The notes under the pieces were generated by a model. The model had not been told where the DNA came from. It made no database searches and saw only the letters and a program-made list of their open reading frames with translations. From NCBI RefSeq assembly GCF_006345805.1, contig NC_043006.1, positions 101,742,001 to 101,806,000 of the forward strand: DNA of 64,000 bases, written 5' to 3'. The translations under genes and the position numbers were made by a program. The DNA is from Octopus sinensis. Lineage: Eukaryota. Below, piece after piece: positions 12,177 to 24,242 of the stretch; the first letter of the stretch is position 1, and each line of letters begins with the position of its first letter.

Positions 12177-12772
12177 GTATGTATACAATTTTTGTTCCAT
12201 ACACTATGTGTCCATTTGAATATTTTCTTTCAGTTATATTACATTATTTATTGAAAACACTCTAAAGTACAGAACATAGCAAAACATGTGCTGTTGTATT
12301 TTGTATATGTAAGACCACAAGCAATTTTATATTGCATATGAATGTACATAATGTTAATTGGTTGAAATGAATTGCAACTTATCATTTATGCTGACAAAAT
12401 TGTAATTGCTTCCATATCTTCAGCATTTTTGAAAGGAAAAAAACCATCTGGTTTTGGCTTCATATTTTTGAAGCTAAGAGTATTTAATTAACTCTTTGTG
12501 TTTGGGTTCTAATTTAGATTAAATAATTACCAGTAATATTTTATGGATAGCTCTGCCTACAAAGCATGGAGCCTGGTGCCAAGTTGTAAATTATGGCTGG
12601 TTGTTCGCTTGATGTATAGAATATTAAATTTTGTTTAGGTAGACTGCTTTTTATCATTCCGGGAACAATAAAATAAGTGCTGTTCAAGTATTGCTGTTAC
12701 TTCAATCAAGTGGGCTCTCCTCCAAAATTAGTCACCTGTGCCAATGTTAGAAATCATTCTATAATTATTATC

Positions 12773-12984
12773 AAGGTGGTGAGCTAGTAGAACAGTTAGG
12801 ACCCCTGGTAAAATGCTTAGTGGCATTTCATCCATCTTTACGTTCTAAGTTCAAATTCCAACAAGGCCACCTTTGTTTTTCATCCTTTCAGGGTTTAGAA
12901 AATAAGAACCAGTCAAGTACTGAAGTCATTTCCCATCCCTCAAAAGTACTAGCCCTATGCCAAAACTTGAAACCATTATTATTA

Positions 12985-13018
<34 letters not shown>

Positions 13019-13910
13019 GATGGTGAGCTGGCAGAATCGTTAGCATGTCGGGCAAAATACTTAGTGGTATTTTGTTTGCTGCTACATTCTGAGTTCAGAT
13101 TTCACCAAAGTCAACTTTGCTTTTTGGGGTCCATAAATTGAGTACCAGTAAAACACTGGGGTTGATGTAATCTACAAGTCCCCTCACTCCAAATTTCAGG
13201 CCTTGTGCCTTTAGTAGAAAGGATTATCATCATTATTATTATTATTATTAGGATAGTAAAGGCAATGAGCTGGCAGAATTGTTAGTTCATCAGGCAAAAT
13301 GCATAGTGGCATTTCATCTGCCTTTATGTCCTGAGTTCAAATTCTGCTGAGGCTGACTCTGCTTTTCATCATTTCAAATCGTAAAATAAGTACCAGTTAA
13401 ACACTGAAGCCAATCTAATCTACTTACCCCAACCCCTGCCAAACTTGCTGGCCTTGTGCCAAAATTTGAAACCATTATTAATAGGATGGCAGATTACTTG
13501 AATCAGTTCATCAGCAGACAAAGTTCCTTGTAGTATTTAATTGCAACTATTTATTTTCTGGGTTCAAATCTTGCCAAGGTTGACTTTGCCTTTCACTCTT
13601 CTGGGGTTCCAGAAGATAAGTCAGTCCCAGTCAGGTGCTAAGATTGACATAATCAACTAATACCTTTCCCCATATTTCAGTCCTTTTGATTATTATCAAG
13701 AGTAGTAGATTGACAGATTCATTAGAACATCAGACAAAATGTATTTCTTCATTTCTTCTAGATCATTACATTCTGAGCTCAAATCCTGTTGAGCAGAATT
13801 TTGCTTTTTGTCCATTTAGGCCTGATTAAATAAAGTACCTGTCAAGTATTTGGGGTTTGCTCTCCTCCAAATTTCTGGCCTTGTGCCTATATCAGAAACA
13901 ATTATCATTA
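12773..13910 (+). mobile_element. Head-to-tail cluster of five SINE family B copies (a sixth degenerate copy at ~12620-12770)
   Basis: Heads at ~12773, 13017, 13259, 13482 and 13698 (GGTGAGCTGGCAGAATCGTTAGC-like; B-box GAGTTCAAAT), each ending in CCTTGTGCC..(ATT)n. Confidence 0.85.
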
Positions 13911-13920
13911 TTGTTGATAA

Positions 13921-14300
13921 GGTACAGGTGTGGTTGTGTAGGAAGTAGTTTGCTTCCCATCCACTTGATTTCAGGTACAGTCTCACTGTAACATCTTGGG
14001 CAAGTGTTTTCTAGTATAGACCCAGGCCAAACAAAGCCTTGTGAATGGATCAGTAGATAAAAAGTGAAGGAAACCCATTGTGCATGTGTAGCCTCTTTGT
14101 CTTGACTCTGTTTGATAGTTGTAACCGATTGCCACCATCATACAAGCAGTGTTCTTCATTTCCATGCTTCTCTGGGAACAGGTCTGGCCATGGAGGAATA
14201 TTACCTTAAGTGGAAACAGGTAAAAGCACCAGAAAGTGTATCTGGCTGCAGAAAATCTACCTCAACAAATTCCCTCCAATCCATGTAAGCATTGAAAAAG
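13921..14300 (+). mobile_element. SINE family A head joined to an RTE-like 3' tail (variant A2)
   Basis: Family A head to ~14080, then ATATTACCTT..GGAAACAGGT..GAAAATCTACCTCAACAAATTCC..CCATGTAAGCAT. Confidence 0.7.
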
Positions 14301-14582
14301 CATAGCATTGGATTGGTAGACATGTAAGAGTGTCAGACAATGTTTTGCAGTAATTTTTCCTGCTCTTTACATTCTGGATTCGGATCCCATCAAAGTTAAT
14401 TTCACCCTTCATCCATTTCAATCACTGAAATGAAGAACCTGTCAGCTGCTGGCTCATGGTAACCTACTAACTCCTTCCCAACCAAATTACCTGCCATGCA
14501 CCTAAATTGGAAATAATATTGAAGGTAATGATTGGCAAAATTAATAGAGCAGCAAACAAAATGCTTAATTTATCAATAAAGT

Positions 14583-15075
14583 GGTGCAGGAATGGCAGTG
14601 GGGTAAGAAATTTGCTTCCCAACCCCATGGTCCCGGGTTCAGTCCCACTGTGTGGAACTTGGGCAATTATCTTCTACTATAGCCTTAAGCCAATCAAAGC
14701 CTTTTGAGTGGATTTGATAGTGGAAAACTGAAAGAAGCTCATCGTGCGTGTGTGTGGTAGTTGTTAGGAAGGGCATCCAGCCATAAAAATCCATGCCAAA
14801 ACAGACACAGAAGCATGGTGCAGGCTCCTGCCTGGCCAGCCCCTGTCAAACCATCGAACTCATGCCAGCATGGAAGAACATTAAATGATATATATCTAGG
14901 TATGTGTATTTTTGTGATAATGTTTGTCCCCCATCACTGCTTGACGACCCGTGTCAGTGTGCTTATGTCCTCATAACTTTATGGTTCAAAAAATAAGTAC
15001 TGAGGTCAATTCATTCAACTAGAATTCTTCAAGGAGGTGCCCCAGCATGGCCGCAGTCTAATGACTGAAACAGAT
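14583..15075 (+). mobile_element. SINE family A interrupted by an RTE-type 3' end (~14760-14890) in its central microsatellite
   Basis: Head 14583-14755, then TTAGGAAGGGCATCCAGCC..CATGCCAGCATGGAAG, then the family A body and tail resume at ~14900. Confidence 0.75.
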
Positions 15076-15791
15076 AGAAAACAAATTCTTAAAGTTTTGA
15101 ACTCACTATATGTGAGACACTGAATTAAATACCATAAAAATATATTTTGGCTAGCTTTTAGTTTTAAGGTGAATCTTACAGATGTTCCAGGATGCATTAT
15201 CAGTGATGTTTCTGGGGTCATAGAGAGTTTTGAGTTTCCAATATCAGGCATCATCAATCAGTTTACCCAGCTGGGGTTAATCAAGTCCCAATAGCAGTAA
15301 ACCACTGATTTGCCTTCTTTATCTAAAGTCACCTAGTGTCCTTCTCTGCTGCTTCAGTGATGGAATTTATTGCCCCCCACTTTGCTGCACCAGTAAGTCC
15401 AAACTCTGCCAGAGCTTTCAAGAATGAACACCCCAGCCCAACAAAATCTGAACTGGCTCACAATGTGCCTGCCAGCCCTGATTTTTACATTGTTCCACCA
15501 GCTCATAATATTTGGCAACTTTCCTCCACATTTTATTTTTTTGCCTTTTTTTTTTCTGTCTGTGACCACAAAAGTTTCAATAAGTTGATGCAGCTCTAGT
15601 TTCTTTAATGTTAAGTAGATGAGAAACTAATTTGTTACTAAACTCAGATGCAGTATAAACGTAGCTAGTAGGCATATAGTCATCGTTGTATCTTATCTAG
15701 CCAGCTTGGAAGGATAAATAGATTTAAATACTGAATAATGAGGCACCTACCTAGATATTCAAAGTCATTTAATTTCAGTCATTTCCATTAA

Positions 15792-16010
15792 CCCTTTTGA
15801 TACTAATCTACTTGCAACTTCCTTTGGTTCTTTGATACAAACTTCCTGTTTTAAAATGTTCTAAATTAAAACCTTCCATCTAAACTTCAGGTTAATTTAT
15901 GTTCCAAACACCAGCTTAGTAATGATAAAGTTGTTTTATTAAATTCTTCATAATTTTAAGAATTAATTGAAACAGAGGCAGTGTTGTTTCTTAGCAGAAA
16001 CATTTTGAAA
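15792..16010. mobile_element. Degenerate piggyBac-type MITE
   Basis: Starts TTAA|CCCTTTTGATAC, and the body resembles 24022-24242. The right end is eroded. Confidence 0.45.
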
Positions 16011-16439
16011 GAAGGAGTAAAATGAATTGCATTTCAAAATCAAAAATATATTAATAAACACAGAAGAAATTATATCATTTTTTGAGAAAGATTTTCTATG
16101 TTTTGGCGTACATTTGTAGTAACACAAAGATTCAAATGTTTATCAAATGTATCTTGTATCATTTAGATTTTCAAGATGTCTACTTCATAACACAACTCTG
16201 CTAATGATTATTACTAAATTAAAAACTTGCCAATACATAGTCACAAGAGATTTGAAACCTCTTCTGTTTATTGCAAGAGTAATTTGATTTTTTCTGTTCT
16301 GTTAACCAAACCAGCTTACATTTGAAGTATTATTTTGATTATGCTTTCAATAATGATTGCCGGTTTTTATTTTTATTTTTATATTTTTAATCATTCTAAC
16401 TTGTGAATTAATTTCCTGTTTATGAAAGAGGTGCTACAG

Positions 16440-16915
16440 GTGAAGGCATTGGTGTGTGGTTGAGAAGCTTACTTTGCAACCATGTTGTTTGGGGTTCAAT
16501 CCTGCTGCAGGGCACCTTGGGTAAATGCCTTCTGTTATAGTTCTGAACTGATCAAGCTATTGTAATTGGATTTGCCAGATGAAACCTGAAAGAAGCTAGA
16601 TGTGCATATGTGTGTTCTTGTTTATTTGGCGGGGGTATGCGTATATGTATTTGTGTGTATATACATGTGTTAGTTTGTATTGGTGCTTCTCTGAAAATCA
16701 CTGAGATACATATGGTGATGTTGTTGCCATTTCCCCTGTTTGTAAATCACCCACTAGCTTTGTATCTTTGAAGTCATGTTAAATGAGAGATCCCCATACT
16801 TCAAAAGTTGGTAGTGGTTTGATGACAGGAGAAGCATCCACCTGTAAAACAATGTCTCGGTAATATATTTGTCTAATCCATACTAGCATGGAAAAATGGC
16901 TGCAAAATGGAATGA
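16440..16915 (+). mobile_element. SINE variant A2 (family A head plus RTE-like tail), degenerate
   Basis: GTGTGTGGTTGAGAAGCTT..GGGTTCAATCCTGCTG head; ACAGGAGAAGCATCCACCTGTAAAAC..CTAGCATGGAAAAATGG tail. Confidence 0.65.
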
Positions 16916-16949
16916 ATTTTCTGTGAAAAGCCTAGGCCATGTATAAAAC

Positions 16950-17450
16950 TGTCAAGCCGAGTGAAATTGTAGTTGTGGCTGATGCCAGTGTCATGTAACT
17001 GACACATAAAACGTGCACTCAGACGTTGGGTGATACGCTGTGCTTGGGAAGACCTGTCAAGCCATGGGAAACCATAGTTGTGCCCAGTACCAGTGTCACA
17101 TAGCTGGACCCTGTACCAGTGACATGTAAAAAGCGCCTTTCAAATGCTGGGCTTCATGGAAGCAATAACAAGTGACCAAGACCTTTGGCAATATACTGTG
17201 CTTGAGAAGACCTGTTAAGCCAAGTGAGATCACAGTCAAAGCCGATGCCAGAGCGAGTAACAGGCACCCATGCTGGTGACATGTAGAAAGCAACCACTGC
17301 ACTCTTGGAGTGGTTGATGTTAGGAAGGGTATCCCACTGTAGAATCCATGTCAAATCAGATTGGAACCTGGTGCAGCTCCCCGGCTTACCAGTTTTCAGT
17401 CAAACCGTCCAACCCATGCCAGCATGGAAAACGGATGTTAAATGATGATG
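16950..17450 (+). mobile_element. Long RTE-type 3' UTR fragment with three internal subrepeats (~105-155 bp spacing)
   Basis: GTCAAGCC.AGTGA(A/G)A..GATGCCAG units at ~16950, 17057 and 17213, then the standard terminus CCCATGCCAGCATGGAAAACGGATGTTAAATGATGATG. Confidence 0.8.
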
Positions 17451-18414
17451 AAATCTAATACCAGATTTGTTTCAAGGTTCTAGCAATAGTAAGAAGCAAA
17501 GTCCTGGTCTTCATAGCAACTTAGCATTGTAAAATCATGGTTGGCAGATGCAAGGTACTAATTTATTGCCAGAAATGGGTCAATAAAAATTCTACTTTAT
17601 TCAATCTGCATTTCTTATCACGTCTTTCAATATTTATAGAAATGAGTGCAGTACATTTTAGTTATCGTGATGTTTGTCTTCTCTTCTTATTTATAGTTCA
17701 TTGTTAATGATTTTCCTTATTGTTTATTATCTAATATGACATTGGTTAAATTAACCCTTTACTGACAAGTGCAAATAAACTATGCTTTGGGTGCATTGTT
17801 TGACTGATAAACACATTTTAATTCCTGTTAATTGCAGGAATGGATATGATATTTGTTTTAAATCTATTTCAGACATGGTACTCACATTTATAACCACTTA
17901 AACATGGATGTTCTGTTAGAACAGACTATACAATGTTAGATGCCATGAGAGAAACTCAGATATTGGTTTTTAGTGCAAAATGCACTCTTGTTTATATTGC
18001 TAGTGGGGAGAAAAATCCCCACCATCTCCATCACCAAGATCCCTAGATCATGTGATTTGAACTTTCTTTGGTCTTGTCAATTATGGACACTCAACTCATC
18101 TCCCCACCAGCTATTTATAGAAAACCAGTCCCAGGAGATGTGTGATTAGCCAGTGAGCTTGTGGAAAAATACTGTAATATATTAGCAATATATTGTTTTT
18201 ACTGTGGGTGTGAATTTATTGTCCTAATATAACCAAATCAAATGATTTAAAAGAGACCTTTAGATCAAGCATTAATCTAAGTGTAATCTGCAGAAGTCCA
18301 TATTATTGGAAATGCTACCTTAGGGTTAGGCTACCAGCTATATCACAAAATGCTGTCATTATTAATACTTCTGTTACTCACTGAAGATTCTAACTTTGTA
18401 CAAAAGGTATCAAC

Positions 18415-18752
18415 CCTACAGCATGGCACCTTGGGCAAATGTTTTCTGACCAAAATCTTGTGAGTAAATTTGATAGATGGTAAGTGAAAGATACCTGTCA
18501 TGTATGTGCACATCCATGTATTGTCATGGTCTGGCAGTTGTAAACAGGTAGCACTGTCTTACCAGTGGTGTGTTTCATATCTAACCTTCTATGGAAAGAT
18601 ACCTGTCCATGAGGAAATATTTTCATGCTTCGAAGTAGATAAGGGTTAAAGACAGGAGAGACATGCAACTGTAAAAAATCTGACTCAATGAATTCCATCT
18701 GACCCATACAAGACTGGAAATTTAGATTTTAATACAATGATGATGATGATGC
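18415..18752 (+). mobile_element. SINE variant A2, 5'-eroded
   Basis: GGCACCTTGGGCAAAT body with an RTE-like tail ending (GAT)n at 18740-18752. Confidence 0.6.
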
Positions 18753-20207
18753 ATCTACAGTCTCAGTTTAAATCCTTGAGCAAATTACATTCTTTTGTGA
18801 TTGCTTAATCTATACCAGTAATACACAAGAGTCAATTCAACCATGCCTAAGTAAGAAATCACATCTTTGCAATTAATTTAGCTGTCATATCCTATGTAAA
18901 CAAAACTAGTCAGCTCCCTATTTCTAAATATATTTCATATCCTTAAGTGTTTTGCTGATAATTAATGAGAATCAAGTGTCAGATTTATAGAGGAAGGAAG
19001 CTGGAAAGCAGTGATGATCTTGTTTTCCCCAAGCATGCAGCACCATTGCGAATTTGTGATGATTTGAAATTCCTATTTTCAATGTTTCATTAATTTCATG
19101 CATTAACTGATGGAAAAGAGATATAAAACGTGAGTCATTTATTCTTTATAGAGTTTTTTTTAGAGCTATCAATGAAGGTTTGAATTGCTCAGAATATCAC
19201 ATTTAATAGGAGTGAAAGTGTGTTTATGTCTCACTTAGCTTGCTATATTCACTTTTTATCCTTTTAAAAACAGGTACTTTAAAGATCTGGTCTCTTGCAG
19301 GTCGAGTAAGAAGAATTACGAAGGAAAGGATTTTTAAAAATTAATCATTTTTATGTGTTCATTAATTTAAAAATGATACCTTAACTGCCCTAGCTATTCT
19401 GTGACTTCATATTAAAATTAAAAAGGAAGTTTATAAGTTTTTCTACTACAGAAACGTGCCAAATGTGCTTCAAAAGCAAGGTTCATTGTAGTGTTTACAA
19501 ACAGTATCTTTCACTTTCAAGCAGTCATAAAAAGGAGTCACTACATCTCTCTCAAAGTATATTTGGTAAAAGAAAGACAGAAGTAACAATAATACTTGAA
19601 TTTATGTTTGACTGGGGGAAAAAATCACATTAACCACACCTCTTGCCACTATACCAATAATGAACAAAATGACAGATGCTAGTATCAACTTGTAGATAAA
19701 GTATGAAACTTGCTGCCATTTTGTGGGGGTCAACAGACAGACCACTTATGATATCACACATTATATAATATGCTACTGTCTTGCCTATTATTTCTACAAC
19801 TACAACAGTCTGCTGAAGGGTTTTGTGTCCAAATCTTTGGATACTAGAATGAAACAATGGCACAGATATATGTGTGTGTGTGTTAATTTCACATCTTTCC
19901 ATTAATACCATCTATATAAAAACACAGTGCCTTTCTTTACATTTTCTTGTTAGCAAAAGTCAAAACCTTTCACTTGTAACTTATGAACACCAGTGGAATG
20001 AAATTATGTTAATAGTAAAACTGATAAGATCTGGCAAAAGGAAGAATTTTTAACTGTAGAAAAATCTAACGTATACCATGGAAAAAATAGACGTATAAAC
20101 TAAAAGAATGAAAATTTGCATGTAGATGTGTGTTCTCTTGTTCATTTTACATCTACATTTTTATGTTGTCATAAATACATGCATGTGTGTATTTGTGTGT
20201 GTGCCAC

Positions 20208-20254
<47 letters not shown>

Positions 20255-20256
<2 letters not shown>

Positions 20257-20525
20257 TGGCACACCGTTGATTATGACGACAAAGGTCCCAATTGATTTGA
20301 TCAACAGAACAGCCTACTCGTGACATTAACATGCAAGTGGCTGAGCACTCCACAGACACACATGCCATTAACATAGTTCTCAAGGAGATTCAATTTGACT
20401 CAGAATGTGATAAGGCCGGTCCTTTGAAATACAGGTGTTATTCATTTTTACCACCTGAGTAGAATGGATCAGCATGAAAGAAAGTTTCTTGCTCCAGAAC
20501 ACAACACACTGCCAGGAAACCATGT
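20255..20525 (-). mobile_element. SINE family C (reverse orientation)
   Basis: The minus strand reads GTGTTGTGTTCTGGAGCAAGAAACTTT..ACTCAG..CTGTATTTCAAAGGACCGGCC, related to the 59700-60250 and ~26110-26170 fragments. Confidence 0.6.
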
Positions 20526-20527
20526 AT

Positions 20528-20567
<40 letters not shown>

Positions 20568-20685
20568 GGTATAAGCAATTAAGATTCAAGTGAGTTCTAT
20601 TGAATTCACATGAATATGGTACTTAACTTGGATGCACCAGAAATCTATATGGTGTTAACCATACGACAAAGTGGGGTGATTACAA

Positions 20686-20864
20686 ATAGGAAAAAAGCAA
20701 CAAGAATGGATCAATATATCGGTACAATTGTTTCGTACAAAGACATCTTTAATAAGGCTACAAAAATTTACCTATATTTACTGCAATTTTTGTAGCCTTA
20801 TTAAAGATATATTTGTACGAAACAATTGTACCGATATATTGATCCAATCTTGTTGCTTTTTTCC

Positions 20865-20867
<3 letters not shown>
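20686..20867. mobile_element. Foldback MITE-like palindrome with 83-bp arms
   Basis: 20686-20768 matches the reverse complement of 20785-20867 at 80/83 positions, with a 16-nt spacer. TA|GG...CC|TA ends; the right side abuts (TA)n. Superfamily is undetermined. Confidence 0.8.
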
Positions 20868-20897
<30 letters not shown>

Positions 20898-21776
20898 TAT
20901 ATATAAACACATACACTTGCACACACACACACCCACACACACACAGCTATTAAAAATAAATGATCATTTCACAATAATATTTCTTAGTATATTTCATTGT
21001 TCCTTTACCACTTTTGCCCTTTATTTTATTGAAATGTTTACTTTTAATCAAATAGGTGTTGATATATTTCTGCTTCTATTTTTCTGTCCTCCTTCAGCTC
21101 CACTTTACTCTATTACAGTCTATGTTGTCTCACCTAGCATCACCTTTTCTGGCAATTCTTCCAATTTATCTGTCTTCTCAAGAAATCCAAACTCTTTATG
21201 AAACATTTGACATATATTAGTGTTAGTTCATTTGGAAAATGGCATGTTGCTTCTTACACCATTTATATGATGAATGGTTAGGGTTACAGAAAGCAATCAA
21301 TTGTAAGAATCATTTTGCTTCAACAAATTTCACTATCTAGCTTGTTGCAGTCAGTGAGAAATGGTCGTTGCTCCAATTGATAATGTTGGTGATAATGGCA
21401 CGGCTGTTGTTGTAACAAAGTATGATTCAATCATTATTTTCTACCTTCAGTGCATTCTATTATATTTTTGTTAATGTATACCAACAACAGTGAAGAATTG
21501 TTGTTAGGTTTATCTCTTTGTTTTCACTTAGATTTATGTCTCCATGTGCATGTGTACACATATAGACACACACACACACACACACACATGGACACGCATA
21601 TTTGCAAACATATATGTAGATATTTCTTATATTTGTCACTTTTGTTATTAAAAATCTTTGTCTTAACTTCTAGAAACTATATACAGTATATGTTCCATGT
21701 AATAAACACCATACAAACACAGCTGATCAGATGAATCACTACTATCTCTCTATCTATTTACCTATCTATCTATATA

Positions 21777-21840
<64 letters not shown>

Positions 21841-22679
21841 ACACACACACACACACACAACAGAATAAACAACTCATTTATGTGAGGAATCAGCCAAGTT
21901 CATTTCTGGTAATTCAGGGTCACAACATTTATCCCAACTTCTCTCAAGAAAGCTGCATGCAGCAAAAGTGAGTGCTAAGTTTAACCTAAGCAAATGATAT
22001 TTCTGTCTCTGCATAAGGGCGATATGGGCATTGTAAACTGCAGTAAAGTAACCTCTCTCCAACAACAGTAGCAATAAATAAAACCCTCATCAAGGAGTGT
22101 AGATTGCTAAAGTTATAGCCAAAGCCCCATATCTAGAAAAGCATTAACTGTCTATAAAAACTGCTATAATGTAGAGGGGGTCACTTCAGTCATATCACTA
22201 TCTCTCTTGTGTAATGATAAAATTTTCTCAATCTAACATTGCAGTTATATTAATGAAAACCTAAACTGTATGTAGTGCCAGCACCTTGTTAATGCTGCTC
22301 TCATAGTGGAGTGGCCAAGAAGAGAAAGTGCGTGTATGTGGGGCAGTTATACGTGTGTGCGCACATCAAGGAAAGAGACAATAAAATAATTCTATATATT
22401 CTTTATCTTTTATTTGTTTCAGCCATTTGACTACAACCATCTTGTGGTACCTACTTCAATTATTTAGTCAGACAAATCAACCCCAGTACTTATTTTTCAA
22501 GCCTTGTTGAATTGTTAAGTTATGGGTGGGGTAAAATTCTCCCAATCGAAGAAGGCAATGCCCATGACTGTTTTCAGCACCTCTAAATCTGGTGGAAGGA
22601 AGAGGAATTATCTTCAGGCAAGTGATCTGGCCTGAATGCCTAAAACTAAGTAAACTCCTGTGAAATAACCAAGAGTCAG

Positions 22680-22850
22680 GTGATAGTGTGGAGTGGTTGG
22701 CATTAGGAAGCACATCTAGCCATAGAAACCAGACCAAAACAGACTATGGAACCTGGTGCAGTCCCTGGTTTTATCAGTTCCTATCAAGCCATCCAGCCCT
22801 TGCCAATATGGAAAACAGTTGTTAAATGATGATGATGGTGATCAGTTGTT
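22680..22850 (+). mobile_element. RTE-type 3' end repeat
   Basis: GAGTGGTTGGCATTAGGAAG..GTTAAATGATGATGATG. Confidence 0.75.
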
Positions 22851-22949
22851 ATAGCTCCATGAAATTCTCTGGTTATTAGGTTACCTAGGTACCAGCATTC
22901 GTAAACTACTTCTGAGAATTGAAAGAATTTATTTTATGGATTTAAAATT

Positions 22950-23650
22950 ATGTGGAAGGAATTGAACCACAAGTAAAATGGCAGAAACAGTAGATTCTGT
23001 TAGCAGTATCAGTACATGCAAAATCGATTCTTTCAAATGTGTAGAAAGTTCCATACAAGTGGTTGACAGTATTTGTAACGTAGGTGACTTCATGTACAGC
23101 TGGGTGCTTTAAAATCCTAGTAGGGAGAGTAAACATTAGGTGGGAAAATTTACAGGGCTATTACCTGTACTGGTACTAATGGTTTCTCTATCACACAAAA
23201 GAGCAGACTGTATAATGCTTGTTGTTGAAATGATGTAGCATGATAACAACATCTGAACACAATTAATAGCAAAGGTTTATGAAGACTCAAAAGAAGCTAG
23301 ATGAGCATGCTTTGCTGGAGGTGTAATGTCAGTGTACATGAACAGTGATGAATAAATGAGCTGGAAAGAAAAAAAAAACCTGGATATTAGAAGAATCAGA
23401 TGTACTGCAGACCATGTAGTTTGTATGGAAGATGTCAAATGTGCCAAGAAATAGAAATTGCTCAAAGTGAATGGAACATGTAGAAAAGGTAGGACAAGGT
23501 GGGGTCAAAGAAGATATGGCAGGGAAAAGTGCTGAAGTCATACGTCAAGGGGCTGAATGTTGTGAAGGAAATAATGAAGGACTGCAACACATGGGAAAGT
23601 GCTGTGCTGGAGAAGACATGTTCAATCTATGTAAACATGGAAAAACATAC
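22950..23650 (+). pseudogene. Degenerate RTE-clade LINE ORF (RT C-terminal region)
   Basis: Translations DSFKCVESSIQVVDSICNVGD (cf. LEVVDxFxYLGD) and GTCRKGRTRWG..MKDCNTWESAVLEKT (cf. RGRPxxxW..DRxxWRxAV), with many stops and frameshifts. Confidence 0.6.
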
Positions 23651-24021
23651 AGGTAAATAATGATGGATGTTGATGGGATGTATATCAACATTTTGGTCCA
23701 TCTTGCCCATTATGTTCATATCAAGTCTACCTCTACCATCCTTCCATTCTATTCACTAGTCTCTCATCTACCACTCACTGTGTGATGCTTTTCTACCCCT
23801 CACTCTCTCACTCTCTCTCTCTCCTGTCATGGCACATGCTTAACAAGGGATGGCATTAGAGCCAGCTCTCTTTAGTCCACTCCCATTATAGTTTGCTCAA
23901 TAACCAAGCACTTAACCTCTTAGTTACTGTAATTCACCAATCTGCCTCTGTGTGTGAGAGGGGGGAGTTGATTGATGGGGAGTTGGGAAGTTTAAAATTG
24001 AACTGAATAATGTGATCTTAA

Positions 24022-24242
24022 CCCTTTTGTTACCAACCCAGCCAAAACCGGCTCTGGCTCTGTGGTAAAATGTCTTGTTTTCATAAGTTTTGAATTAAAA
24101 TATTCCACCAAGCCTTAGTCACAATTTACGTTCCTAACACTAGCTTAATGATAACTAAGTTATTTTAGTAAATTCTTTGTTATATTTAAAATTAATTGAA
24201 AGCAATACAAAGCATCTCAAAATAAATACAGTAACGAAAGGA
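24022..24242. mobile_element. piggyBac-type MITE
   Basis: TTAA|CCCTTTTGTTAC left end and GTAACGAAAGG right TIR. The right TTAA is not intact. Confidence 0.6.

Noticed and set aside
12773-13910. Regularly spaced repeats suggesting a CRISPR-like or satellite array
   Set aside because: The units are divergent full SINE copies in eukaryotic DNA, with no short identical repeats and unique spacers.
15336-15599. 87-aa Pro/Ser-rich ORF and an internal 35-nt exon candidate
   Set aside because: No recognisable domain, it ends in a T-run, and frames are open on both strands as expected by chance.
18020-18090. PRSLD..CDLNFLWS resemblance to a mariner motif
   Set aside because: Too short and frameshifted, with no TIRs found.
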